From Phoronis australis (Eukaryota; Animalia; Phoronida), in contig NMRA01000270.1 of NCBI GenBank assembly GCA_002633005.1, positions 78,617 to 142,616 on the forward strand: DNA of 64,000 nucleotides, given 5' to 3'. The notes below the pieces were generated by a model that ran no database searches, was not told the origin of the DNA, and was given only the letters and a program-made list of their open reading frames with translations. Position numbers and translations under genes: made by a program. Numbering within the stretch: the first letter of the stretch is position 1; every line of letters begins with the position of its first letter. Below, piece after piece: positions 11,543 through 25,059 of the stretch.

Positions 11543-13350
11543 TTTCTACAATCTGAAACAAGGTCAAAGGTTAATGTCATCATAAGAGCAGTAATTTGGG
11601 AATAAATTAAGTTAACACAACCAGTTGCTTCGGATATTTCAAACACCCAAGGAAACAACTCAGTGCTCTAAATGTAAGAACAGGAAATCTGCTGTAAAAC
11701 GTATACCTGAAACTCCTCTCACACATTTTCTAAGATTGATAATAATTCAAACTCTTCATATGCAAAGCCAATATTAATCAACATTGACTATGGAACTCGG
11801 TAACTTGAAATTATTTTTAGAAGCTACACTAAAGTCTCAAGTTGCAGGAACATACAAAAGTGTGGGATGATGTATTTGCTCTGCCCTTCTCACTAACATC
11901 CACCAGGCATTCCACCATCCAAGGCACCAGAAAGCTGGCTAGCTTGGATATGGCACTAAAACTTATCTCAGCTGCCAAGCCTTGTGATGGTGTAATCCAT
12001 CTGGGGTAGACAAGTGTAATTACAGGATGGCCTAAGACAGGTTGCTGTCCAACTGTGACTGTAATACCACTGATGATACAGGTGGTTAGCTTTCATCACA
12101 GTCTGTAGTTCTGAGAACTTGGATTTTGCAGTTTGACATATTTGTTGATCACTTAATGAAAGATCTATATTTAACTGAAGTTAATTACGTGGCTTCATCG
12201 TTTGGGACAATGTAGCAACTAGCTTACAATTCAAAGTCACTAAAACCAAAATCTCAAACTCAGAAAGCAGGCAAAACATATATTTGTCAGAAGTACCTTT
12301 TTCTAATCACAGCATTGGCAATAGGTCCTCAACTGAAAGGTAATTATATTTCGAAACCATGTAGTAAATTTTAACGCTAACTATGAAAATTCTAAAGTTT
12401 ACTTTACTAGTAGCAGTCAGTGGGCACAGAGCTATGGGTGCTTAAAAAAGGTTTGGTAATTATTTTCACCTTGAGATTTTATTTCCAGATCATAACAGGT
12501 GTACTTTTTAAATGTAAAAAGTTCCCACATTTAAGGTGCGCAAATCTGAGTATTTTGCATATTTTATGAAAAATGACAAAATATTGGAATTCAGGAGTTA
12601 GGTAGCAAAAGCATGATTAATAGTAAAAATACTGTCTAGGGCATTTTAGGAGATGCATTTAGTAAACATTCTTGGTCACATTAAACAAGGTGAATGAGCA
12701 AATTTAGGACAAAATAGTAGTAAAAAAGCTGTATTAAAATCACACCACCGAGTGAAGATAAAATTTTGCAAAACTTCAGTCAACACGTAGGCTAACATTT
12801 GGCCTTTTGTCACTGCAACTCTATAAGTGCAACTAAGCTTCCATACTGTGACTAACCCATCCTTTCACAAAATACAGTGAGTGTGGCTCAGCTATGCTGC
12901 CAAGGAAAACACTGTAATTTCTCTACAATACCTTACTTACAGTATGTTTTTTGACTCTGAAACTAGTACAAGCTCGTTGGTTACAATGGCTATTATCTCA
13001 TCCAATACAAATCGGCCAAGTTCATGAATAGCGATAAGGTCCCTTCACCATGCACTATGGTGCACTCAAGTCTTTGATACATTGAAAAATTCGCTGGGGT
13101 GAGGGATGCATGCATTCTCATCCGCTTGCATGTGAATAGTGTTAGCGTACAAGTTGCCCAACAACCTTCCTTGACACAAATGACAAAAACACATCATAGC
13201 AATTTACAATGGGTTGGAGTTTTTCTACCTTGATAAATGGACCTAAACATAGAAAGTAGAGCTGGTGCAAAGAACAATAAAGTAACACGTAGCTTCTCAA
13301 TTTACAGCCCCACTGGTCTGTGACACATGCTCAGCACAAAAAGCCTGTAT

Positions 13351-13759
13351 AGTGCTGTTTACACTACAAAAGTTGACACCGATCAGCTGACACGGAACGA
13401 GATGTTCCAGCGTGTAAATGGGACTGACACGGAGCGAATTTACACGGCGGTGACAACTTTTGCCACCCGTTTGTGAGGTGGGACAATTTGCGCTCGAACA
13501 TCTTGCTCCGGGTCAATTATATGTCTTAACATGAAACTAGGGCAAGGCGGAAAGGATCATCTCTACTGCGCTTGTGCAATGACCTACATACGGGTTCTCT
13601 GCCTCTGCAAGTCCGGCAATTCGAAAACCTGCGCATGTGCATTCCACTCTCCAGCATACAACTTCCTAATGAAATTGCGCGTGTAACCAGCCACTTGACA
13701 CTGATCAAGTTGCTCCCTGTTAGTTGCCCTGGATCAAAAGTTGATGTCTAAATGGGACT
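13351..13759. mobile_element. PIF/Harbinger-like MITE, family A copy 1
   Basis: TAT|AGTGCTGTTTACAC...GTCTAAATGGGACT|TAT, giving an imperfect TIR and a 3-bp TSD. Colinear with 16905-17326. Confidence 0.8.
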
Positions 13760-16232
13760 TATGACTTGCCAACAGTAAACACCAAGTACACAATTAATGA
13801 ACCCTCAATATAAATCAAGGGCTTCCCTGGCCACCACATGGGACCATTATGTCATGTAACCCCCAGGTCAAATTAGTGTAACAAGAAATGGTGTAGAGCT
13901 AGGAACCAGTAAGAGTCAGTAAACTCTGCTTGTGGTCAGGAATCACACAATTTTCCTTAAAGGGGAATGCCCGTAATCTGCCATACCTTGTGCAAATTGG
14001 CACTTCCTCTAACACCAACAACTTAATGAGAATGGGCAACTGGTGCAAGTAAAAGCCACTAATTCAACACAAGGAGTCATGGTGCAGGTCTCCAATTCAC
14101 CTTTTACAATACCTATAAGTTGTCAATTCAGAAGTAACAGCCTAGGCTTTTGCAACTGGTTGTTTATACATTGGGCCATTTAATTCAACAGAACAACAAT
14201 AGTTCCATGTCAGCCATTGTGCAGTGTTTAGTGTTTTCATTCAAACTGTAATATAATACTACTTACTAATATTTTCTTAAAAGGTGAAGTCTTTTATGAT
14301 TTCATGAGCATTAATGGCACCTTACAGAATTGTAAAGGGCGGATTTAAATAGTGTGCCCATTAGATGAGAGTTGGATGGTAAAAAATCATTAAACCTCTG
14401 ACTACTGTATTCAGAGCAATGCAAGTATGGCTGCTCAATGGTAGTGGGTTCTTTCAGAGATTTGAACAGGTACACCTTTTAAACGTCAATTGTGAAATTA
14501 AAACACGGTTCTGCGAGCATCAGAATTTTGATGCCTAGTGATGTCTAATGGAAATGTCTAAATTTTGACTGTCAGCCTTTTACTACAGTACAAGACAAAA
14601 GTAATCAAACTTGTCACCAGTGTCACGAAAGAAAATTCTGTCTATAGCAAAAATGACCGATAATGGCCATTATGGCGGTAATAGTATTACAGAATAGCTT
14701 GTCGACCACCTTACAAACTTCCCTTTTATTATCAGACCATACTTGATGGTGAATTCGTCTTTGATCCTGTTGTCAAAGCCAGGAATTCTGGGTTATTTTG
14801 CCATGAACATTTACGATAAAAATTCTTCGACTTGGGTCAAAAACAATTGCTTGAACTACCATGTTTCTATTTTTCAGAGGTTCATCACATTCTAACAAAT
14901 TGTCAAACATTTTCCAAATGTTGTTTGACAATAGCTACGCCATACACACCATGCCAAAAGCAAAGTAAGTTTGCCTAAAAATTTTTTTGTTGAGAAATTT
15001 GACAAAATAAAATTTCACCTGTTCGCCATATTGTGTCCCAAATAGATTTTTTTCCATAGGTTCACATGAGAAACAAATAAGTTAGCAGACCTCCAGGGGC
15101 AAAAACCCTTGCATAATAATGAGGTGGGGTCACTGTCCGCAAAGGGGTCATATTTGCCAGGAGCAGGGATATTCCTGGACTGCACCTTTGCGCTATTTAA
15201 AAGGCATAAAAAATAAAAAGGCGAATTACAGTAGTGTGCCACCCGGGAACATCTTTTAAAATGCAACATTCTTCCAAAATTCAGATTCTAGTCAATTTCG
15301 AGCCAGTCGAGTGAAACACGACTCTGTTATTTTGATTGCCATTAGGGTTTCTGTTTCATATGTTACCACTTCAATTATACTAAGTCTGCTGGGGACATTT
15401 TTTTGAAAAGCACAGTTTTTATCATCAGGTGCGCCCCAAGTGCACAGGTTCTAAACCCGGCCACGGCCTGCGGGAGTTAATTTTTTATGACCACCTGCAT
15501 CACTCAGCTCTGTCCTTTGAAGCAAGTGGTCTGGCCCCAAAATGTCTGGTTAATTAAAATGCCAGTAGATTTAGTGTATTGACCAGCCAGTTCAACACGG
15601 TTTTTGTCTTGAAATTGCAGGTCCTCACTAACCTTAAAGACTGAAAACAAATAACAGAACAGCATCTCCAATTTCAGAAGCATTGCAGTCAAGTGAAATT
15701 CCACTTTTGATTTTTAAAGAAAATGATAAATTGCACCAAATTAATTCTACAACCTTTAAGTATTATAGTTATATGGTATCATTACCAGCCAAAAGCACTA
15801 TGGCTTGCAAACTACAATAGATACTATCAAGAAATGGGCTCAGTTTCATGACACTATTTTAGTCTAACATTAGTGTTATACAATTCTTGGCAAATTTAAC
15901 ATGGAACATAGAGTGTAGATGTCAAAAACAACATTTTCTTTGGTTACCATTATTTTCAAAAAGGTAACCAGTGATTGAAAAATAGAAAAAATGACAAATA
16001 GTTTTGTGTAAAATCAGTGGATAATTGTTGTAATTACAAAAAAGATTAGAACAGCTTCTTATTTAATTTGAACTTTTCTTATCTAATAAAAGTTCGCTTT
16101 TCATGGACAAAAATGGGGACACCCACATAAATATATGTGTTTCTACGTAAAATATGATTACAGGTGGGTACACCTGTCAGTAAAGGTTGATCAGCGAAAT
16201 CTCTGTTTGTAATTGGGTACACCAAATGTGGA

Positions 16233-16476
16233 ATGGGTCTATCTTTATGTACATAACTGGACCCATCGCGACGGGTCTAGTTATATTTATATAGACAGAC
16301 CCATTATGGCTGGTCAACCTATATGTATATAACTGGACCCATTACGAAAGGTCCAGTTATATTTATATAGACAGACCCATCCCGGTAGGTCAACCTATAT
16401 ATGTATATAACTGGACCCATCGCGATGGGTCCAGTTATATACATACAGATAGACCCATCCCCGCTGGTCAGCCTAT
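16233..16476. repeat. Tandem array of ~3 palindromic ~76-bp units
   Basis: Each unit is tatataactggacccat-cgcg-atgggtccagttatata or a variant of it, followed by agacccat. Confidence 0.9.
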
Positions 16477-16600
16477 AACAAGAGCAACGCGGAGCATTGA
16501 AATGTGCCCACGAATGCATCGCAAATGGTGTAATTTTAGGGTTGCTTATTTGTCATAAAAATGGCACAAAAACATACAATCCATCCGAAAGTGGGAACGT
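16477..16600 (+). mobile_element. 5' fragment of the same HINE-like family
   Basis: aacaagagcaacgcggagcattgaaatgtgcccacgaatgcatcgcaaatggtgt closely matches 2237-2295. Confidence 0.85.
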
Positions 16601-16904
16601 GTCATTGCTTCTTTAATAGCTTCATATATGTATAGGTTATCACATATTTCAGATATAGCTCTCATGAGCACGACCACACATTACCTTGACATTGACCATG
16701 CCTTGCACTCCATCACATTACAAATTATGATAAATGACAAATATCTACCATATGTTATCAATACTATCAAAACAAATCAAGAAGCCCTCTAAATATAGTG
16801 ACATGATGTTTGTATTAGCGTTTCCCACAGGGTTTCTCATTCCACTACAGCAGGGATGTTCAGCTCCATATTTAATGTTCATTTAAAACTATACAGCATA
16901 CTAA

Positions 16905-17326
16905 AGTGCCGTTTACTCTTCAAAAGTTGACATGGACCAGCTCAGACACCTAACGAGTTGTTCCAGTGTGTAAACGGGACTGACACGGAGCAAACTGACA
17001 CTGCGGTGAAAAATGTGCCACCCGTTTGTGAGGTAGAGCAATTTGCACCCGAACATCTAACATCGTGCTCCTGTCAATTATATCTAAACGTGAAACTGGA
17101 GCAAGGCAGAAAGGATCATCTCTACCGCACTTGTGTAATGACCTCAATACGGGTTGTCTCTTCAACGCTCGTGATTTGTAAATCTGCGCATGTGTGACGC
17201 ACTCTCCAGCCTACAATTTCCGTCTTGCCACAGTTAGTGAGTTGTGTGTGTAAACCCACGCTTGACACTGATCAATTTGCTCCATGTCAGTTGCACCGGG
17301 CCAAAAGTTGATGTCTAAACGGGACT
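16905..17326. mobile_element. PIF/Harbinger-like MITE, family A copy 2
   Basis: TAA|AGTGCCGTTTAC...CTAAACGGGACT|TAA. A TAA TSD is characteristic of PIF/Harbinger. Confidence 0.85.
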
Positions 17327-19341
17327 TAACTGTAGGCATTAATACCCAATCAAGGTGTTTAACTTGCTAACTCAGAAGGCAAAGGGAGGGAATGATTCGG
17401 TGAATGGGTGTTTAAGGGTTAAGGACCAAGTTGAGGTTAACCCCATTATGCCAGTTAACTACTTCATATTCAGGAGGAAAATGCAGCATCCATGGAATAT
17501 AGCCAGTTTAGATGCATTGTTTGTTAATCACAAATAGGCAGAACCTGTCGCTTTTATATGCAAATCCTATGGCTTTTGTGAGAAGACTGGCTTTTTGCTT
17601 TGGATGTCCACACTGTCAAATGAAAGTCAACACTCCTGCAAATATGGGGATTAGCTCTGACTGACAATCATAATTTAGCAAATGACATGGCTGATACAAC
17701 TGCAGCTTACAAGGTATCCATTAAACAGGATGAAATAAAATACAATTTTGTTGACTAGCACAAGTCACGGAACCTTGGTTCCACCTATAATTCAAAATTT
17801 ATCATGGATCCAAGGTTCTACATAGTCTCGAATGGTAAAAGCAATAATTCAACTTATTCGTTAGCTAAAATTTCTGAGGTATTTAAAATTGAAATCTCAT
17901 AATTCAGGAATGGATTTAAGCTAAGCATGGGCGCAAGTAATATGAACACATCTGCCATGACACAAAGTATAGATGTATAGTTGATACCAAATGAAACTAG
18001 ATGGTCTGTCCAAGTTGCTCTTAACCTTAAACACTGATAACAACTTGTTTGGTTCAGTGTCCCTTCTATTTTACATATACATTTGTGCAGTGTCAACTCA
18101 CTCCAAATCAGCTGTTCCAAGTCAACTTTTGAAGTGTTAACAGGATGCCTTAGAGATTTGTGAATATTGTAATTTCCAGGAACGTTTGGAAGCAAACTTT
18201 GGCCCTGTTCCACTTCCTAAAGTAAACATGTGCCCATGAGGGTCAGAATAGCCCCCCCCCCGCTGCTATAATTCAGAGATGGGGGGAACTTTCCCAGTTT
18301 TAGGTGGAAATCTTATCATGAGCACTACTTGTTACAATTATTGTAGTTCCAGAGAATGAGACAGATATTGAATGCAATTTATTGAAAATGAGACACAAAT
18401 CAGTACGAGAATACTTACAAGATGGCTAAAAATTCTTCTACTTGGGGTATCTAAATTTTGGGACACTCATAATTCAACCTAAATGTAATTTTCTAGATTC
18501 AGAAGATCGGGACATGGACGATTTTGATGATCTCAAAATAACAAATCTATCCCTTCTCATCAAGGTGACGCATCACGCAATAACTTGAGAAACCTCCTCT
18601 ACTCATCAAAGAGCTCAATACAAGTTACTTACATTGAATAAAAATAAGGTCCTGGCTTCCTTAAAGGTTAATGACCTCTGTTTGCAACTGCAGTAACTGA
18701 TCAGGCTCGCTCATACTATAAGTCATGAAACAGATTAGGATAATCAAGAAAGTTTTATGTTCTCAGCAAATAACACTAGCTGCAACGCTAAAACTTCTGG
18801 TAAGAGTGGGACAGTTTTTTGAGTACTAATTGTTTATCATGGCACCCAAATTGAATGTGAGGAAGAATTGAAGAAAATGATTTTTGCAGAAAAAAAACTA
18901 AATAAAAAGGTGTGCACAATGCGTTACAGTCAAATCTTTTCACAGTTCCCCAGGGTATAAATTCAGGAAATTGGTACTTTTTCTGGATTCTCTTCATTAC
19001 TCTAATTGTACCAGGGGCGTACTTTTAGAAATTGATATTATATAAGAAATAATTAAATCAAATATAAACTGAAGAAGTCAAAGACAACTTTCTTCACAGC
19101 AATGTTTGCTCTTTCAAAACATTATGCCATCATGTTCTTCTTGCTTGAATTGAAATTGTTTGCCATAAAATTCTTTAAATTCTCCCAATGTCTGTACTCA
19201 GGCTGAAACTAACCCACCCTAACATTAGCTAAGTTCACTAGCAAGATCTGAAGCTACAGTAATCTTCCACTTCTTTAGCACACTTACCCAATTTCATACA
19301 CACAAAATTATTTGTAAGTCATAAGTAATGGTTGGATATGA

Positions 19342-19415
19342 CGTGCCCACATTTTGAGAACCAGTTTTCTCCACTGAATAACAGGCATAAAACTGGTTCT
19401 CAAAATATGGGCACG
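19342..19415. repeat. Dispersed ~74-bp hairpin element; further copies at ~20788-20851 and, inverted, ~53783-53845
   Basis: cgtgcccacattttgagaaccagtttt...aaaactggttctcaaaatatgggcacg. The loop (ctgaataacaggcat) is conserved between copies. Confidence 0.85.
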
Positions 19416-22400
19416 ATATATTTGATTATTGCCCAAGTCATCTGCTCAAAAGAATATTTCACCAATGATGGGGTAAGGTACTCGTATTCTGGAACAGCAT
19501 CAAGTAACTGTTTATTGGATCAGGTTGGCAACCTCAACCTCTAGGCCGCATAATTCACGCTGGGGCAGCTGGCCAGGAAGGAACTTACTCAATCACACAC
19601 CTATCAACTAAAAAGTTTGTATATTCAGTTTATTTGGCACACCTCAACTATCAGGGAAATAATTTTATTTTGAGGGAAAAAGTAGAGAATTGCTATAATT
19701 CTTTAAGCCAATAAATCATTTCTGCAGTAACAAGATGAAAACAATTTTATAACAGTACGTGGTCTCAATCCAAAGCAGATATGCGTTCAAACGCTTAGGA
19801 CCTACGCTAGCTAAAATCTAGCCAAAGTCATGTTTTCTCATTAAAAATTCACGGCAATATCTCAAAGTCTTGCTTTTTAGCAAGGTCCTAGCATCACTGA
19901 AAGGTAGCCAGTCAGACAGATGTGAGTCCACTGTACCAGTAAGGTACAGTTATATTAAAAACTGCGGCTGAACACCTCTTCCTAAAAATTAAGGGTTACC
20001 ATTAGTCTGACATAGTCCAGTTTGAAAATTTCATTCTAGCCTCAAAACCAAGATCACGCACTTACATAATGGGTACATCTATTTTCAGAAATTCCTGTTA
20101 AGATCGCTAAATAAATAATTATTTTTATTTTCAGTAAACCTATTTAGTAAGGCATACTAAAATTGACCCAGCCTTGGACAGTACTTCAGGATCACTCAAA
20201 CCAACATGCCTTCATTGAAATAGTATTGTGAGCACTGAAAACAAGAGTAGAATAGATCCTCACTAGAAACCAACATGCAGAAAACATGAATGTTTCGCTC
20301 TGGTACACACTGTCCTAATCCTTTACAAAGGCAGGACTTTAATGCAGATAATCCTATTAATACACACCTGATCAAGGCTGGGAACTGGGACCACAGACTG
20401 GTATTGAACAAACATCCACAGAGGCTGAATGGACTGGTTTAGGTTAATTTTAAGTAACTTTCATAAGATTTTGAACATACTCTCACACAGAAAATTGAAT
20501 GCAACAAATGTTTTTCAACTTGTCAAACAAGTGTAGACATTTTGACGAATTCAGCAACAAAAAGTTGGTTGAATGGTTTCATCTTCAACATGGCTTGTTC
20601 TGAACTTGAAACGAAACAAACTTTTGGTGGAATTCTGAGCATTTTAGCAATGTGACCAGTCACTGAAAACAGGAAAGTTGCAATCTCGACATGTATCTAT
20701 TTATGAAATTGGTGATTACTGTAAATGTTCTTTTGTATACCCTGCATCAGATTGCTACACAATGCATCCCACGATAAAAGTCGGAAATGCCCACATTTTG
20801 AGAACCAGTTTTCTTCACTGAATAACAGGCATCAAACTGGTTCTTAAAATCTATTGCTGCTCCTGACAATTGAAGCACTGAGGAAAATATTACCACTGTT
20901 TTATCAGGATGACTTCTGTGTGGTAATACCAAATGCTTATTAATTCTAAACAAACACATTTTTAGAAAGCTACTGGACATATATAGGGAAGCTTTTGAAC
21001 AGTTCTCAACCACAAGTCTTTCCTTTTCTATTGTAGACGTAGAAAAACAGTTAAAAGATTGGTTTAGTTTACAAAATGTATTACAGCTAACACACTTTTG
21101 AGCTGAGTCGGAAATTTATTGCGTCTCACTAAGCTTTTTCTATGTGCATCGCAAGGGTTGAACCTTAAAATTGACTTCAGAAATGACAAATTACAAACTA
21201 ATCTAATGCAAGAGTGATTACCACAGCAGCAGACTGTACTGGGCCACTGGGAAATTGCCTCATGGATGAGCAACATTGTGGGTTAATACTATAGAATCAC
21301 AGATGGCGCTGTAGTATTCCGCGAAGTGGCTTAGTTCAAAGATTGGAACAGCTTGCAAATATGATTAATGGAGTCTCCAGATCTGATTACTCTCCACTTG
21401 ACTACTGTATACACCTGCTCAGGTATGTCAATGATGACTAAGATAATTACTGTAGACTGCTTCAGGACAGGTGATTCTCAGGCTGCGCAGTGTGATTTCA
21501 TTTGCACAGGAAAAATATGCATTAATGACAAGCTTGAAATTCACTTTGTGTCAAAATCGACCACCTTGTATAGGTGCATGCATGCAGGTAATCGCGTGCG
21601 ACCCAGATGCCACAAATGACCCCCTGCAGTGAACAACTTCTGATCTCTGAGTCTCTTTCATCATTACCACCTTGTAAATATTGAATCTACAATTAACATG
21701 AACAAAAATTCTAGTCTGAACCCTTATCAATTTCGCTCTCATAAAAAAGCAAAATGAGCGTTACTAAGATTTTTCAATGGGTTACAAATAGTAAAAATTC
21801 ATCTAATAGTAGTTTTGAACCAAGTGACATGTCAAGACAGCTACCTCAGAGCAACTTGTCGAAGAGTATTGTATGTAAAGTCAACAGGTTGAGAAATTCA
21901 AGTCAATGAAAACAAAGGTAGTGAAAAAGGTCCACACCTTTACTGCAAGTTTGGCAGCAGAGGTTAAAAAGAATGCAATATTTTGATAAACTCACCTTCT
22001 TGGCTTCTCATGAGATGAATAAATAACATCAATGTTCCAAATGACAAGCAATTGTGACAGAATGAATGTTCATAGCTGGCGAAGCTACATAGTGTAGAGG
22101 ATAGAGTAGTTACCTAGGTCAACAAACACAAGGGTAACTACTCTATCCTACAGACACCAATTAAAACAACCACTGAAAGGAATAGCATTTGCTTAACCAT
22201 AAAAATTAATTTTCAAGACAACAAAAAACAAACAAAATTTTCAAGGTAACAGGAACCTGAATTAGCAAAGCCAGAAAGGTTTTATATGAGAAATGACTAA
22301 TTAGGTAGTAAATTTATTGCTTCAAAACATTTATTGATCTGTACTGATTTAACAATCTTATGTTCCAGAGAAACCAAGAGAAGATATCTATTGGTCATGG

Positions 22401-22878
22401 GCATGAATCAGTTGAGAAAATTTTGCAAAGAAGCTTATGGCCAATGGTTACAGGTTTTTATCACTAATATATGTGCCAGCTAAGATTGTTGGGATAGGAA
22501 TTATTATTGAAATGTATCCCTGCTACAGTATTAGTTGCCAAATAGGGTACATATACATCTTACTGATTGTGCAAATAGTGGGTACCCTATGTTTGGCCTG
22601 AGTGAATGACTGGACATTCCACTGAGATTTTGATAGGGATAAGGGGGATAAATGCTAAGATGTCACAATACGGTGGAGAGCTATCATGAACCCTTTAAAT
22701 GGCTGAGCACCATAACAAGAGGCTCATTTGAGCTTCTACAATGCAGGCCAAAAATAATCAGACAAAACAACCAGTAATTCCCTGCCGTGGAGGCTGAGGT
22801 CTACTAGCAGAATTCACCACCAGAATGACACTCAGGCCAGCTTATGACAGGTCATTTACCCATGATGATGGCGGATGG

Positions 22879-23356
22879 CAGGCCTTTATCCAGGATTTTG
22901 AAAATAGGGTGTCCAAAATGGGGTTCCCAATATTCCATGGCGTCCATGATTCCGACGCGTAACCCCCCACCCCAGCAATACCCCCAAACACACACATTTT
23001 TTTTAATAAAAAAATGCATAGATCAAGGTTTTTACATCTAAGTTTATAAAACAGCCTTCTATGGTGAGCGTTTTTACTAAAAAAAAATGTGTAGACCAAG
23101 ACTTTTACAATGCTGTCAATCAAGTGTCAAAATAGCAACATATACTTTGTATATACATTGTATATTTCTTCCTGCTTTAAAAAGGAGCCCCCACTGTAAG
23201 CCTTCAGAGGCTTCCTAGTATTCATTACATTGTGTGAGTCCAAACTTGAAAGGTTAGTGGGCGTCCAACTGATACGTTGGGGTCCTTGCCAGAGTGTCCA
23301 GATTAGTGCTAGCGCGTCCATTTGGACGCCCAGGACGTACGCTGCATAAAGGCCTG
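22879..23356. mobile_element. hAT-like MITE (478 bp)
   Basis: TIR CAGGCCTTTATCCAG / CTGCATAAAGGCCTG. 8-bp flanking duplication GCGGATGG / GCAGATGG. Subterminal gtgtcca/ggcgtcca motifs. Confidence 0.82.
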
Positions 23357-23662
23357 GCAGATGGCGGAAACAATATTTTGTCAGATTACTTTTGGCTTGT
23401 ACTGTTTGAAAAGGCAACCCTATCATGAACGTTATTAATATGACATAGCCGTATAATGTATGTACACCAACAAAAGGAGTTATTTATTGAAATAAAATTT
23501 AATCGAAACAACCATTTGCAATACAATATTTTAGTTAGTCAACAAGGCCATCGAGTGGACTCATTTGAGGCAATGTTATCAGCAGAAGCACTTTTGTATG
23601 AAAAACTAACCAACATAAGGGCGACACATCCACCACCAACACAAGTGCTACTTCACTATGAG

Positions 23663-24293
23663 CACAGGCGTCCTCAGATTCTGATCGTCTCCAATCCAAT
23701 ACACTAGATATACTACAAGGTATGACACTCGGGACTAGGAATTATATGAGTGCTTCACTTCAGCGGTCCATATCAAACACATAACTTAATAAATTTACAC
23801 AAGGCAGGGGTTCAACAAACCATGAGCAATTGTTCTTTCTTCCGATAGTGTTTATGGTGTCCTGCTCCAGTGAGTTCCCAACAAATTCGTGGTCGAAGCA
23901 CAAAAATCTTCCCAAAATGCGACTGCGTACTGTCAATGTGTCAAACGGAAATTACCGATATGTCACGGAAAGTCACAACATCGTAATCTTCCGTGATAAA
24001 CCAGCAATTGCCGTCCATCCTTAACTCATCGGATAATTCCGTACTGGAACATTGACAGTACGCAGCGACTTTTGGGGAAGAATTTTGTGCTTTGACCGCA
24101 AATTTGATGCGAACTTGCTGGAGCAGGACACTGTAAATGCTATCAGAAGAAAGAACAATTGTTCATGGTTTGCTGAACCCCAGTTTTGTGTAAATTCATA
24201 GTTTTGTGTTTGATACGGATGACTGAAATGAATTCCTTGTCCTGAGTGTCATACCTTGTAGTATATATATATAAGAAGCTGAGGACGCCTGTG
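23663..24293. mobile_element. Foldback MITE (631 bp) with ~290-bp inverted arms and an 8-bp TSD; P-element-like termini
   Basis: ACTATGAG|CACAGGCGTCCTCAG...CTGAGGACGCCTGTG|ACTATGAG. The arms stay complementary inward to ~23960/24028. Confidence 0.88.
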
Positions 24294-25059
24294 ACTATGA
24301 GGAACAAAGACAACTAGTGACTGCAAACAACAGCACCCCTGGTGTTGTCGATAGTCAATCAAAAATAATAAGCTTAGCACAAGCACAACTTCACAAATAT
24401 TCAATCAACATCTCCAATATCAATTAGGGACTATGGTAATCCACACCTACATCAGACCAAGTTAATAACAGTGATCCACAACAGATCAACAAATGGCGTC
24501 AGTGTCTGCATACTTTAAAAGTACTTGTTATGAACTGAAAGCTCCAGTTGTCAGAAGATAATTAAAAAGTACATATAGAAAGAGAGAAACAATCATAAAA
24601 AACATACATTGTTATATGACTGGGTGACCAGCAAAGGCACGGGGCCGTTGATAGCTCACCACCAAGTAACAGTACATTAATTAAATTAAGTACACTGTCT
24701 TCTGCAACAAAACAATTAAAAAACGGTACCTTTTCATTTGTCCCATGAACAAATGGTGAAATATCGTTCTAAAGCTATGCTCAGACAAATGACTACGGCA
24801 ACTTAGTTCACACAGCATCACAACAAACTGGTGTCAAAGCAACAGGACCAGGCATGGTGCAATCAATCAAATAGTGCTCTGGCAGGCTCTACAGTGAACA
24901 AGAGTTGAAATGCACCCTATTGACAGCACCACACATGGTATGCTTTAAGGCGTATTTATTAACACTGTGTAACATTTCTTGATTAATATGGACACTACGA
25001 TTTTGAAAATCACCCACTTGTCAAAAAATCTGTCAAGCCATCAACATCTTGTAGAAAAC

